Source: an uncultured cyanobacterium
Lineage (GTDB): Bacteria > Cyanobacteriota > Cyanobacteriia > Cyanobacteriales > Nostocaceae
NCBI GenBank assembly: GCA_963706595.1
Contig: OY970166.1
Span: 4,576,001 to 4,640,000 of the forward strand
DNA length: 64,000 nucleotides
Reading direction: 5' to 3'
The position numbers and the translations under genes are program-made. The notes beneath the pieces were generated by a model. The model had not been told where the DNA came from and did not search any database. It saw nothing but the letters and a program-made list of their open reading frames with translations. This document shows, in pieces, positions 38,862 through 49,360 of the stretch; position 1 is the first letter of the stretch; each line of letters begins with the position of its first letter.

Positions 38862-39803
38862 ATGAATCGCGGAATTTATATTATTGCTAATGACAAGGTT
38901 TTAGATCAGGCGATCGCACTCTTAAATAGTATCAGATTGCATGACGCAGATACACCAATTATCATAATCCCTTATGATGATAATTATCACCAGATAGCCG
39001 AAACACTTAACCAACATTATGGAGTAAAAGTTTACGAAGATTTAGATTTTATTGACCGTCTAGCGGGAAAGCTACATGAAACTTTTGGGGGCAAGTTTTT
39101 CGCTCGTCCCAATCAATTTCGGAAGCAGGCTTGTTGGTTTGGACCTTTTGATGAGTTTTTGTACATTGATACCGATATTGTCGTTTTTGAGAAGATTATT
39201 GATAATCTGAATTATTTGGCGGAATCAGATTTTATTTGTTGCGACTATCAACATTTAGGTGGGATTAAGAATGTTTTTAGTTCCCAGGTATTAGAAGATA
39301 AAATATTTACGGAAGCAGAAGTTAAAGAGATTTTTAACGGTGGGTTTTGGGGTTCCAAGAAAAACTTAGTCTCGGAAAATGATTTATATGAAACTTTTGC
39401 CGAGTGTGCAGCCCATCCAGAATACTTTGACTTTTCCGAAAAGACCTCGGATCAACCAATTATTAACTATATGTTGCTGAAGCGGATTCCACGTCGCTTT
39501 AATGTAGTTCGGAGAGAGGGTAAAGCACCGGGAAATTGGGCGGGAACTCCACACTTTCAGGCTGAAGGCAATATTCTCTTTGATCCTACAGTCAATCAAC
39601 CGCTACAATATCTCCACTGGGCGGGGATTCGGATTCAACCCGGCTGTCCTTACTGGGAAACTTGGGAACATTACCGCAACCTAAATCCAGCGTTACCTGC
39701 GGCGAATATACCCGCACCTGTAGAAAAAAGTCAGTTGCAAGGAACTCTCGAACAGGTGAAAAATCAACTTCGTAAACTGAAAAAAAGCGTTTTAAGTGAT
39801 TAA
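38862..39803 (+). CDS. GT-A fold sugar transferase, paralogue of the upstream gene
   Basis: YIDTDIV, DQPIINY, LHWAG. Confidence 0.75.
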   Translation: MNRGIYIIANDKVLDQAIALLNSIRLHDADTPIIIIPYDDNYHQIAETLNQHYGVKVYEDLDFIDRLAGKLHETFGGKFFARPNQFRKQACWFGPFDEFLYIDTDIVVFEKIIDNLNYLAESDFICCDYQHLGGIKNVFSSQVLEDKIFTEAEVKEIFNGGFWGSKKNLVSENDLYETFAECAAHPEYFDFSEKTSDQPIINYMLLKRIPRRFNVVRREGKAPGNWAGTPHFQAEGNILFDPTVNQPLQYLHWAGIRIQPGCPYWETWEHYRNLNPALPAANIPAPVEKSQLQGTLEQVKNQLRKLKKSVLSD

Positions 39804-39998
39804 TTCCAGCCCAGTGCGATGGGCTTCACCCCGCCTTTGGCGATCGCATCTGAATTTTTTGACAACTAAATAGTTGCGATCGCACCCTACGATTCGCTAG
39901 GATCTGTAAGCTTTAGGTTATAAGCAAAGCTGCTGGTGATTGTGAGCTATGCTGCTAAAACCCAAGTTAATCAGATTTTACAGGAAAAAACGAAACCG

Positions 39999-40457
39999 AT
40001 GGCGAAACGTGTACAGTTAGTTTTAAATCAAGATATTAGCAAGCTGGGAAAATTAGGCGATTTAGTAGACGTAGCTCCCGGCTATGCTCGTAATTATCTC
40101 ATTCCCCAGAAATTGGCAACCCATGCTACTCCAGGTATTCTCAAACAAGTAGAACGCCGTCGCGAGAAAGAGTTTCAACGCCAACTAGAACTTCGTCAAC
40201 AAGCTTTAGAACAAAAAGCAGCTTTAGAAAAAATTGGCAGCTTGCAAATTTCCAAACCCCTTGGTGAAAACGAAGCAATTTTCGGGACAGTTACGACTCA
40301 AGATGTCGCTGAAGCAATTCAGGCGGCTACCAGTCAAGAAATTGATCGTCGTGGAATTACCATTCCTGATATTAACCATCTGGGAACTTACCAAGCCGAA
40401 GTCAAGCTACATTCTGACGTAACGGCTCAAGTTAATATTGAAGTTGTAGCCAGTTAA
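39999..40457 (+). CDS. rplI: 50S ribosomal protein L9
   Basis: [21 protein letters not shown]. Confidence 0.97.
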   Translation: MAKRVQLVLNQDISKLGKLGDLVDVAPGYARNYLIPQKLATHATPGILKQVERRREKEFQRQLELRQQALEQKAALEKIGSLQISKPLGENEAIFGTVTTQDVAEAIQAATSQEIDRRGITIPDINHLGTYQAEVKLHSDVTAQVNIEVVAS

Positions 40458-40459
40458 GT

Positions 40460-40575
40460 GGTAGAGACGCGATGAATCGCGTCTGTACAAGAATTGCTGG
40501 TAGAGACGCAATGAATCGCGTATAAGGAATTGCTGGTAAAGACGCGATGAATCGCGTCTCTACAAGGAATTGCTG
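40460..40575 (+). repeat. Three tandem REP-like palindromes
   Basis: gtagagacgcgatgaatcgcgtctctacaa-gaattgctg x3, with variants. Confidence 0.85.
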
Positions 40576-40604
40576 AGTGAATCCCATCCAAGTTGAAGTC
40601 GCTT

Positions 40605-41960
40605 ATGTCGGAAGAACTGAGTTTTCAAGGCGATGGTAGCGATCGCCTACCACCCCAAAATATTGAAGCAGAAGAAGCGATTTTGGGCGGAATTTTACTT
40701 GATCCAGAAGCCATTGGAAGAGTGAGCGATCGCCTCTTACCAATAGCCTTCTACATCAGCGCTCACAAAGATATCTATCAAGCCGCCCTGCGCCTCCATG
40801 CTCAAGGTAAACCCACAGACTTACTCTCAGTTACAAGTTGGCTAGCCGATAACGATATTCTCGCCCGGATTGGGGGCAGAAACAAATTAGCCACTCTCGT
40901 AGACCGCACAGTGTCAGCCGTTAACATTGATGCCTTAGCCGGGCTGGTAATGGAAAAATACCTGCGACGGCAGTTAATTAAAGCTGGTAACGAAATTGTC
41001 CATCTTGGTTACGAGACAGAAACCGAATTACCCACAGTTTTAGATCAAGCCGAACAGAAAGTTTTTGGTGTGACTCAAGATCGTGTCCAATCAGGTCTAA
41101 CTCACATTTCTGATACCCTGATTAATACCTTTCAAGATATTGAAACTCGTCACCAAGGCATTGCTCTCCCCGGTATTCCTTGCGGCTTCTATGATTTAGA
41201 TTCCTTAACCAGTGGCTTCCAGCGTTCTGATTTAATTATTATCGCCGGTAGGCCATCAATGGGGAAAACGGCATTTTGCTTAAATCTCGCTCACAATATC
41301 GCGGCTGGTTATAAATTACCGATAGCCTTTTTCAGCTTGGAAATGTCTAAAGAACAGCTAGCACAAAGACTATTAGCTAGTGAAGCGAAAATTGAAACTG
41401 GTTATTTGCGGAGTGGGCGCATTAGTCAAACACAATGGGAACCTTTAAGCCGTGCTATTGGTATGCTTTCAGAGATGCCCATTTTTATTGATGACACATC
41501 CAATATTACCATTACCCAAATGCGTAGTCAGGCTAGGCGACTGCAAGCAGAACAAGGAACTGAATTAGGATTAGTTGTGATAGATTATTTGCAATTAATG
41601 GAAGGTGGTGGTGATAACCGCGTCCAAGAATTATCAAAAATTACCCGTTCTCTCAAAGGTTTAGCCCGTGAATTATCTGTACCAGTGATTGCCCTCTCAC
41701 AGTTGAGTCGTGGAGTGGAAGCACGCACCAATAAGCGCCCCATGCTCTCAGATTTGAGGGAAAGTGGCAGTATTGAGCAAGACGCGGATTTAGTTATGAT
41801 GTTATACCGCGATGATTATTATAATCCTGACAGTCCTGATCGGGGGATTGCAGAAGTCAACATAGCTAAACACCGCAACGGTCCCACAGGTACGGTTAAA
41901 CTTTTATTTGATCCGCAATTTACAAAGTTTAAAAACTTAGCCAAACAAGGCAATTATTAA
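40605..41960 (+). CDS. dnaB: Replicative DNA helicase (no intein)
   Basis: GRPSMGKT, IDYLQLM and DLRESGSIEQDAD, all contiguous. Confidence 0.97.
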   Translation: MSEELSFQGDGSDRLPPQNIEAEEAILGGILLDPEAIGRVSDRLLPIAFYISAHKDIYQAALRLHAQGKPTDLLSVTSWLADNDILARIGGRNKLATLVDRTVSAVNIDALAGLVMEKYLRRQLIKAGNEIVHLGYETETELPTVLDQAEQKVFGVTQDRVQSGLTHISDTLINTFQDIETRHQGIALPGIPCGFYDLDSLTSGFQRSDLIIIAGRPSMGKTAFCLNLAHNIAAGYKLPIAFFSLEMSKEQLAQRLLASEAKIETGYLRSGRISQTQWEPLSRAIGMLSEMPIFIDDTSNITITQMRSQARRLQAEQGTELGLVVIDYLQLMEGGGDNRVQELSKITRSLKGLARELSVPVIALSQLSRGVEARTNKRPMLSDLRESGSIEQDADLVMMLYRDDYYNPDSPDRGIAEVNIAKHRNGPTGTVKLLFDPQFTKFKNLAKQGNY

Positions 41961-42079
41961 TAATTCGTAATTCGTAATATTTCCTGCGGAAACGCTGCGC
42001 GAACGTAATTCGTAATTGGGCATTGGGGAAGAAGAAATAGGTTGTACTTTCCTAGACTCCAATCCCCAGCCCCTATTTT

Positions 42080-42604
42080 CTACTTAACGCCCAGCAATTC
42101 AACGTCAAATAGCAAAGTAGCATTAGGTGGAATTGCACCACCAGCACCACGGGAGCCATAACCTAAATCGGAAGGAATGATTAGCTGACGACGACCGCCT
42201 ACTTTCATAGTGCTGAGTCCTTCGTCCCAACCTTTAATCACTTGTCCGATACCGATTTTAAACTCGAAGGGTTTACCGCGATCGCGTGAACTATCAAACT
42301 TAGTACCATTTTCTAAAGTACCAGTGTAGTGAACTACAACCGTTTGTCCAGGTTGAGGAGTCGCGCCAGTTCCTTCTTCTAATTCAATATATTTCAGTCC
42401 AGATGGGGTTGTGACGACGTTGGCATCAGAAGACATAGTATTGCTCGCAATCAAGGTTTGGTTTTGTGTGACACTCGTGGGTGCTGGTGTAGTTTCGGTC
42501 AAATTAGCAGCAAGAGCAGAGTTGACATTATTGTTAACTTGTGCTACTACCAAAACTACAATACAGATCAGCATGAAACCCACGCTGAGTAAAATTGATT
42601 TCAA
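42080..42604 (-). CDS. FKBP-type peptidyl-prolyl isomerase
   Basis: [22 protein letters not shown] and [13 protein letters not shown]. Confidence 0.95.
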   Translation of the reverse strand: MKSILLSVGFMLICIVVLVVAQVNNNVNSALAANLTETTPAPTSVTQNQTLIASNTMSSDANVVTTPSGLKYIELEEGTGATPQPGQTVVVHYTGTLENGTKFDSSRDRGKPFEFKIGIGQVIKGWDEGLSTMKVGGRRQLIIPSDLGYGSRGAGGAIPPNATLLFDVELLGVK

Positions 42605-42687
42605 AATTAGCCCTCCCTAATTAGGCAATCTGGCATTATTTAAGATTACCAACAGGACACAATTCAGTGTAAATCAGAAAGCCGCTT

Positions 42688-43011
42688 TTAGCGCCAAAGC
42701 TTATTTTCTAAATCACGCAGTTGACGCTCTAAACGGTCAATTCTCCCCCGTAATTCATCCACTTCAGACTGACGAGCCACGCCCAAATCCTGCATCATAT
42801 TCCGCATTTGTCGCTGCATTTGGTCTTCCCAGTTTCCCTGCTCTGACTTTAATTGCTCCACAACGTCATCCATAACCGCCTTAGCTTGCTCAGGATCGAG
42901 TTTACCGTCCTTAACCAAATCATCGCTAACTTGCCGCATTTTTTCCGCTACCAAAGACGTTGTACCAATACCGAGCATCATTAACTGTTGCAACCAGTTA
43001 TTACTATCCAT
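42688..43011 (-). CDS. Phasin-like protein
   Basis: LGIGTTSLVAEK...LVKDGKL...VARQSEVDELRGRIDRLE. Confidence 0.75.
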   Translation of the reverse strand: MDSNNWLQQLMMLGIGTTSLVAEKMRQVSDDLVKDGKLDPEQAKAVMDDVVEQLKSEQGNWEDQMQRQMRNMMQDLGVARQSEVDELRGRIDRLERQLRDLENKLWR

Positions 43012-43152
43012 ACTCCCTTCCTCTTCATGATTTCCCACTAGCTGACTCTGGCTATTGAGTGTATACAATCAAGCTATGCTGGAAAAGTGGTTATTTTAGC
43101 CTACATCTCTATTTTGGCAAATTCGTAAACACAACAGAGGGAATTCAAGAGT

Positions 43153-43461
43153 GTGGTTATAGAACTACTGAAGTTTCAGGTTGCGCCGGAAATGCGAGAA
43201 AATTATATCCAGAAGGATGCAGAAATTTGGACAACCGGGCTGGCTAAGTATCCGGGGTTTTTAGGAAAAGAAGTTTGGATTAACCCCAATGATCCCACAG
43301 AACTGATTTTAATTATTCGTTGGGCAACAAAAGAACAGTGGAAAGCCATACCCTTAGAAGATTTACAGATAATTGAAGACAAATTCACTCAAGCAATGGG
43401 AAAATCATATCCCATTGTCGAGTCAGCCGAATATCAGGTCCGAAAATTTCCCTATTCGTAA
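43153..43461 (+). CDS. ABM-like cyanobacterial protein (TIGR03792-like)
   Basis: MVIELLKFQV...PGFLGKEVW...IRW. Confidence 0.75.
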   Translation: MVIELLKFQVAPEMRENYIQKDAEIWTTGLAKYPGFLGKEVWINPNDPTELILIIRWATKEQWKAIPLEDLQIIEDKFTQAMGKSYPIVESAEYQVRKFPYS

Positions 43462-43630
43462 GTAATCATAGTTCCAAATCACATAGTCAAATAGAGTCTA
43501 GGCATCATTGAACAACAGGTGTGGTCAAGAATTGAAGAAGAATCTTGGCGTTTGTTGTGGGGGTAAAACCCGGATCTCAAAGTAACGCCAATTTATGACA
43601 CCGTAGACAAGGGAGGAGGGGGAGTTTGAG

Positions 43631-45361
43631 CTAATTTATTTCTTGGCGACGATGATGGGCGGCTTGTAATAATAAGGACTCTGCAAAAGCGATCGCATCT
43701 GTGGCAGATTTCCCACCGGCTAACTGCGCTAGTTCTTCGCGGCGATGGCTGAGATTTTCTAAATTAGTGACTCGCACCACAGTGCGCTGCTCAGTATTAC
43801 GACCTTGGGTAATTGTTTGTTTATCTACACGAAAATGTCGATCAGCCATGGCGGCAATTAAAGGCTGATGGGTGACACATAAGACTTGGTTATTTTGACT
43901 AAGCTGATGTAATTTTTCGGCGATCGCCTGAGCAACTCTCCCAGAAACTCCGACATCAATTTCATCAAATACCATTGTTTCGGCGGCATCCACTTGACAA
44001 AAGCAGGCTTTTAGTGCTAATAAAAACCGACTCATTTCCCCACCAGAGGCGATCGCAATCAAAGGTTGCAGTGGTTCCCCAGGATTCGGGCTAAACATAA
44101 AGGTAATTTTGTCTGCACCTGCGGCTGTGGGGGAAGTAGCCGCTATCTCCACCTGAAACTTCACCTTTTCCATCGCTAAAGGCTTCAATTCACACAGCAA
44201 TTGAGATTCTAAATGTGCGGCGGTTTGACGACGCAATTTTGTTAACTTGGCACAAGCTTGATTTAGCTGGACAAAACACGCTGTTTCCTGTTGTTCTAGA
44301 CTTTCAATCGATTGTTCGCTATCATTGAGTTCTCCTAATTCACCTTGAATGCGTTGATAATATGCGATCGCTTCTGTAAGAGTCGGTCCATACTTGCGAC
44401 AAATTTGTTTTAACTCTTGAATCCGTTCTTCTACTTCTTGCAAACGTTGGGGATCAGCTTCCAAACTACTTCCATAAGCATTAATTTGTCTTCCCACCTC
44501 AATCATCACAGTTTGAGCATCCCTAACCAAATCCAACAAAGGTTGCAGTTGGACATCGTACTCTACCATGTCAGTTAATGTCGCTTCGCTGTCCCCCAAT
44601 AAATCTGCGGCGGCTGGGGTTTCATTATCGTTTTGATACAAGGATTGATACACCTTGTAGCTCATCTGTTGCAATTCCACTACATGATTGAGGCGTTCTC
44701 GTTCCTGCACCAGTTGTTCCCATTCCTGGGGATCATGGAGATTAGCGCCTCCCAATTCTTGTATTTGATAAGTAAGTAAATCCAATTGCTGGAGACGTTC
44801 CCGTTCTGATGTCCGGCGTTTTTCTAATACTTGATGGGCTTTTTGGTAAGCTATAAAAGCCGTGGCGATGATTTGACGCTGTTGTAGCAGCGAGTCGCCA
44901 CCATACACATCTAACCATTCTCGGACTTGGGCGGATTGTCCCACCTGTACAGTTTGACCTTGGGCGGTAATTTCCACAAGGCGATCGCGCAAACCGCCCA
45001 TAATTTGCCGATTTACCAACACCCCATTCACCCGCGACCGACTGCGGATATTACTAGTAGTTGCAGTAATTTCTCGGCTGACTATTACACAGTTATCTTC
45101 AATTAAATCGATTTCCTGTTCCATCAACCAAGCCGTTAAAGCCGGATTAGATGTAAAAGTAGCTTCTACCATTGAGCGATTCGTCCCCGTGCGAATGACT
45201 CGACTAGAGACTTTACCACCCAAAGCCGCATCAATAGCATCTAAAATAATCGATTTTCCCGCGCCGGTTTCACCTGTCAAGACATTGAGTCCAGCCCCAA
45301 ATTCCAGTTCCAGTTGGTCAATTAGGGCAAAATTTTGGATTCGCAGGTAAAGCAACATCAA
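43631..45361 (-). CDS. recN: DNA repair protein RecN
   Basis: TGETGAGKS, ASGGEMSR, FDEIDVG and VTHQP motifs. Confidence 0.96.
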   Translation of the reverse strand: MMLLYLRIQNFALIDQLELEFGAGLNVLTGETGAGKSIILDAIDAALGGKVSSRVIRTGTNRSMVEATFTSNPALTAWLMEQEIDLIEDNCVIVSREITATTSNIRSRSRVNGVLVNRQIMGGLRDRLVEITAQGQTVQVGQSAQVREWLDVYGGDSLLQQRQIIATAFIAYQKAHQVLEKRRTSERERLQQLDLLTYQIQELGGANLHDPQEWEQLVQERERLNHVVELQQMSYKVYQSLYQNDNETPAAADLLGDSEATLTDMVEYDVQLQPLLDLVRDAQTVMIEVGRQINAYGSSLEADPQRLQEVEERIQELKQICRKYGPTLTEAIAYYQRIQGELGELNDSEQSIESLEQQETACFVQLNQACAKLTKLRRQTAAHLESQLLCELKPLAMEKVKFQVEIAATSPTAAGADKITFMFSPNPGEPLQPLIAIASGGEMSRFLLALKACFCQVDAAETMVFDEIDVGVSGRVAQAIAEKLHQLSQNNQVLCVTHQPLIAAMADRHFRVDKQTITQGRNTEQRTVVRVTNLENLSHRREELAQLAGGKSATDAIAFAESLLLQAAHHRRQEIN

Positions 45362-45486
45362 GCCAAATTCTCCATGAGGGCAGATGCCGAAACTTTTAAG
45401 TTACACAAAACTAAGCACTATCTTTTCGTTACCTGCCTTTGGTGCATACATATTTTAATGATACAACCCTTGGGGACAGAAAATCT

Positions 45487-45582
45487 GGCGTTGCTGATTT
45501 GAAGTGATGATGTCAAAACCCCTGTAGAGACGTTCCATGGAACGTCTCTACATTTAAATTCATACTTGGTTTCAGCAACGCC
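45487..45582. mobile_element. 96-bp MITE with 11-bp TIRs and 8-bp target-site duplication
   Basis: GGCGTTGCTGA / TCAGCAACGCC, flanked by GAAAATCT at 45479-45486 and 45583-45590; internal palindrome gtagagacgttccatggaacgtctctac. Confidence 0.85.
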
Positions 45583-45802
45583 GAAAATCTCTACTTGGTT
45601 TCCAGTGCCGGAAGTGGACAAAACCGACTGGACTGACACAGCTAAAATAGTGCATGATGATTTTCTTGTGGAACAGGCATCTTGCCTGTTATGGGCAGGC
45701 CAGACAGCTTACCCCACAATTTTATCCCTGTTAGAAGGATGCTTGTTTGTAAACTTATTGTTACAATAATTTACAAGCTTAATCCGACCGTTGGCTGACT
45801 TC

Positions 45803-47821
45803 ATGATTGTTAAGACACTTCCCCCGACTTCCCGAAACACCGAGGACGAACCACAAGTGACTGAAGTATTCACAAAAAATGGCAAATCAACTTTGGTTGT
45901 TCGTTCACCAAAACGCATAATTGACCAAAGTTTAGAGACTGATGCCATACTTTACGATCCCCAAGAGATAGGAGAATATTATCGCCACCGCCCCCTGAAA
46001 GTTTTGCGGCGGATTTTCGCAGTTTTAGGGCCGACTATTTCCTTTGTTTTTGGGTTGTGGTGGGACAGCCGGCGGGGAATAGCCGTGAAAAAAGACCAGC
46101 GTCGAGCCGTGCAGTTGCGAGAATTACTGACGAAACTGGGACCGGCTTACATCAAAATTGGACAGGCTTTATCCACTAGACCGGATTTGGTTCCCCCCGC
46201 ATATCTAGAAGAATTAACGAGGTTACAAGACCAATTACCGCCCTTTGCTAACGAAATTGCTTACCAATTTATTGAGGAAGAATTAGGCGCACCACCCCAG
46301 GAGATTTACGCCGAACTCTCCCCCCAGCCCATTGCGGCCGCTTCTTTGGGGCAAGTTTATAAAGGTAAACTAAAAACTGGTGAAGAAGTCGCCATTAAAG
46401 TCCAACGCCCTGATTTAAGAGAAAAAATTGCCATTGACTTGTTTATTTTGCGCCAACTGGCCGCTTGGGTAAAAAACAGAGTTAGACGAATCCGCAGTGA
46501 CTTGGTTGGTATCCTCGATGAATTAGGCGATCGCATCTTTGAAGAGATGGATTATATTCATGAGGGAGAAAATGCCGAACGCTTCTTTGAGTTATATGGT
46601 CATATAGAAGACATTTACGTTCCCAAGATTTACTGGGAATACACCAATCGGCGCGTGTTGACGATGGAGTGGATAAACGGCACAAAATTAACCCAAACCG
46701 CCGAGATTAACGCCCAAGGTATAGATGCCCGTTATTTGATAGAAGTGGGTGTGCAATGCTCTCTGCGCCAGCTACTAGAACACGGATTTTTCCATGCTGA
46801 CCCCCATCCTGGTAATTTGTTAGCTACACCAGAGGGTAAACTGGCTTATCTCGACTTTGGGATGATGAGCGAGGTGCAACCGCCCCAAAGATATGGTTTA
46901 ATTGAGGCGATCGTTCACGTTGTTAACCGCGACTTTGAAGGTTTAGCCAACGACTACGTAAAGCTAGATTTTTTATCCCCAGAAACAGATTTAACCCCAA
47001 TTATTCCTGCGTTTGCGAGAGTGTTTGCTGATGCTCAAGGAGCCAGTGTTGCTGACTTAAACATCAAAAGCATCACTGATGAACTTTCAGCTTTGATGTA
47101 TGAGTATCCTTTCCGCGTTCCTCCCTACTACGCGTTAATTATTCGCTCCCTGGTAACTTTGGAAGGTATTGCGATATATATAGACCCGGAATTTAAAGTT
47201 CTCAGTGAAGCATATCCTTATGTTGCGAAACGCCTGTTAACCGACCAAGCACCACAATTAAGAACATCTCTGCAAAATTTGTTGTTTAAAGATGAAAAAT
47301 TCCGGTGGAATCGGTTAGAAAACTTGCTACGCAATGCTAAGAAAAATCAAGATTACGACTTTAATCTAGTTTTAGACCAGGGAGTAGAATTTCTCTCTTC
47401 TGAACGTGGTTCATTTATTCGTGACAGGTTGGTAGATGAATTTTTGAATGGAATCAATGCTGTCAGCAAAAATGTTATGCACAATTTCACTTATGTGCTG
47501 CGAGAAAGAGTAGGTTTGACAGCAGTTAATGAAACTCCTGGGGCGACAGTTGAACAACAACAAACCTTAGAGCATATTAAAAATATTTTAACTATTCTCC
47601 GAGAAACCCGTGGTTTTGACCCACTACAACTAGCGCCCCAACTCGCCCAATTGTTAGTTAATCCAGGTGTTCAGCGTTTGGGTCAACAAATTACCAATCG
47701 CCTGACGCAGAAAGCCCTCGCTCGGTTAATTCGGGAGTTATTAGCGGCGGAAGAAGTTAATAACAATCAAGGTCGGGCGTTAGCGAAACCTGCCAGAGCA
47801 TCCTTACCAGCAAGGGTGTAG
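45803..47821 (+). CDS. ABC1/UbiB-family atypical kinase
   Basis: AAASLGQVY, VAIKVQRP, HADPHPGN and LDFGM motifs. Confidence 0.93.
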   Translation: MIVKTLPPTSRNTEDEPQVTEVFTKNGKSTLVVRSPKRIIDQSLETDAILYDPQEIGEYYRHRPLKVLRRIFAVLGPTISFVFGLWWDSRRGIAVKKDQRRAVQLRELLTKLGPAYIKIGQALSTRPDLVPPAYLEELTRLQDQLPPFANEIAYQFIEEELGAPPQEIYAELSPQPIAAASLGQVYKGKLKTGEEVAIKVQRPDLREKIAIDLFILRQLAAWVKNRVRRIRSDLVGILDELGDRIFEEMDYIHEGENAERFFELYGHIEDIYVPKIYWEYTNRRVLTMEWINGTKLTQTAEINAQGIDARYLIEVGVQCSLRQLLEHGFFHADPHPGNLLATPEGKLAYLDFGMMSEVQPPQRYGLIEAIVHVVNRDFEGLANDYVKLDFLSPETDLTPIIPAFARVFADAQGASVADLNIKSITDELSALMYEYPFRVPPYYALIIRSLVTLEGIAIYIDPEFKVLSEAYPYVAKRLLTDQAPQLRTSLQNLLFKDEKFRWNRLENLLRNAKKNQDYDFNLVLDQGVEFLSSERGSFIRDRLVDEFLNGINAVSKNVMHNFTYVLRERVGLTAVNETPGATVEQQQTLEHIKNILTILRETRGFDPLQLAPQLAQLLVNPGVQRLGQQITNRLTQKALARLIRELLAAEEVNNNQGRALAKPARASLPARV

Positions 47822-47846
47822 GATTAGCAAGAGAAATTAAAATCCT

Positions 47847-47908
47847 GTAGGGGCGGGTTTACAGATATCATTCACCATTAACGAAGATATTGGTAAACCC
47901 GCCCCTAC
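47847..47908. repeat. REP-like inverted repeat
   Basis: gtaggggcgggtttac ... gtaaacccgcccctac. Confidence 0.8.
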
Positions 47909-47925
47909 CTTGGGTATGCCCTACT

Positions 47926-48840
47926 CTAGTTGCATTTGTAGAAAGTTCTGTTTAACAGAAGATTGCGTACCCGGATACAGTCTGGTAAAATGCGAAAACC
48001 TAAGAAATTAGCACCATGTTTGAGTTCAAATAACTGACTTTTCACAGGATGAATTTTTAATCTTAATTGAGATAAATATTCTACAACCTGCAAACGGGCT
48101 TCAGCTAAAAAGTTCCAATCATCAGAAAATAAAGCAAAGTCATCGACGTAGCGCAGGTATTTTCTAGCTTTGAGTTCTTCTTTCACAAAATGGTCAAAAC
48201 TATTTAAATAAACATTAGCAAAAAACTGGCTAGTAAGATTACCAAGCGGTAAACCCCGCCGTCTTTGTAGCGGTGTGAATAAATTATCCCCTGCAAAATG
48301 TTCAGCTATTGGTAACTGTGCGTTGCTGTTGTCAATCATCATATCTATTAACCACAGCGTATCTGCACATTTTAATTTATGACGCAGCAAGGTTTTAAGA
48401 AATTCGTGGTCAATGCTGGGAAAATATTTTTGGATATCGCACTGAAGTACATAGCGACTGGAACGAGCAAATTTGGTAAATCGCCGCAAGGCGCGATGAG
48501 TACCGAAACCTACGCGATTCGCGTAAGAATCACCGATAAAGCTGGATTCAATTAGAGGTACAATAATATTACATAAAGCATGATGTACTACTCTATCTCG
48601 GTAGGGAGCAGCAGAAATCATGCGAATTTTTGGCTCTTTAATGTAAAAGGTTCTATATTCACCCGGCTGATAAGTTTGATTAGTTAGTTCTGTTTGTAAT
48701 TTGGCTAATTCAGCTTCTAAGTTATAGTTAAAATCTAAAACATTTTCTCGGAATCTTTTACCCCTTTGGGCTTTTTTAGCGGCTATTAGGAGATTTTCAA
48801 AATTGATAATTTGATGATAAAGATTACCGTGACGTTTCAT
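47926..48840 (-). CDS. DGR-type reverse transcriptase, probably C-terminally truncated
   Basis: [37 protein letters not shown] and NFLGF; ends about 20 aa after FLGF. Confidence 0.9.
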   Translation of the reverse strand: MKRHGNLYHQIINFENLLIAAKKAQRGKRFRENVLDFNYNLEAELAKLQTELTNQTYQPGEYRTFYIKEPKIRMISAAPYRDRVVHHALCNIIVPLIESSFIGDSYANRVGFGTHRALRRFTKFARSSRYVLQCDIQKYFPSIDHEFLKTLLRHKLKCADTLWLIDMMIDNSNAQLPIAEHFAGDNLFTPLQRRRGLPLGNLTSQFFANVYLNSFDHFVKEELKARKYLRYVDDFALFSDDWNFLAEARLQVVEYLSQLRLKIHPVKSQLFELKHGANFLGFRILPDCIRVRNLLLNRTFYKCN

Positions 48841-49197
48841 TTAATTTTTTACAGATTTTTGATAATTACTTTGTTGTTTAATCCAGCCACCTAAATCCAT
48901 ACCAATTTCATTAATTAATTTGCCTGCATATTCATATCGGTGGATGGGAATTAAATCAAAATCAAATAATATCCTAGTTTGATATTTTAAAATATCTATA
49001 ATGCTTTTAAGTGGTTCTAACACACTGAGTTTTTCTTGGCGATAGCGAGCAGTTAATAAACCCTCTAGCAAATCATATAATTGATTTGTCATTCTGTCAC
49101 CCAAGGTAAATTTATGAATTTTGGGCAACCGAGTCAGAATTGGGATGTACCATTTAATCAAGTCGTAGGTTTTTTGGATGATTGGTAATTCTTCCAT
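48841..49197 (-). CDS. avd: DGR accessory variability determinant Avd
   Basis: LPIIQKTYDLIKW...KFTLGDR...EIGMDLGGW four-helix pattern; stop abuts the RT start. Confidence 0.88.
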   Translation of the reverse strand: MEELPIIQKTYDLIKWYIPILTRLPKIHKFTLGDRMTNQLYDLLEGLLTARYRQEKLSVLEPLKSIIDILKYQTRILFDFDLIPIHRYEYAGKLINEIGMDLGGWIKQQSNYQKSVKN

Positions 49198-49360
49198 TTA
49201 AATTTGAGAAATTTCGCTGTTTGGTTTACATGACAGATTTTATATGTTATACTAAATTATAAGAGTGTATATCTGTAAAAAATTGATCGCTCCGTTTCAC
49301 TACGCTAGGAAAGGGCAAAGAGGAACAAGAGCAAAGAGCAGAGGGCTAGAGTGCAAAGGG

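Noticed and set aside
40460..40575. Mini-CRISPR between rplI and dnaB
   Set aside because: Three palindromic REP-like units with the same linker and no variable spacers.
40605..41960. DnaB intein (common in cyanobacteria)
   Set aside because: Protein is about 451 aa and RESGSIEQDAD is uninterrupted.
45418..45769. Short ORFs between recN and the ABC1 kinase
   Set aside because: They overlap a MITE and REP-like palindromes and have no protein motifs.
47926..48840. Group II intron or retron RT
   Set aside because: Adjacent avd, the FGE/CLec target and the [10 protein letters not shown] motif indicate the DGR class; no intron maturase domain or RNA seen.
49198..49360. Template repeat between target and avd
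   Set aside because: No similarity to the VR; only a pyrimidine tract and AT-rich spacer.
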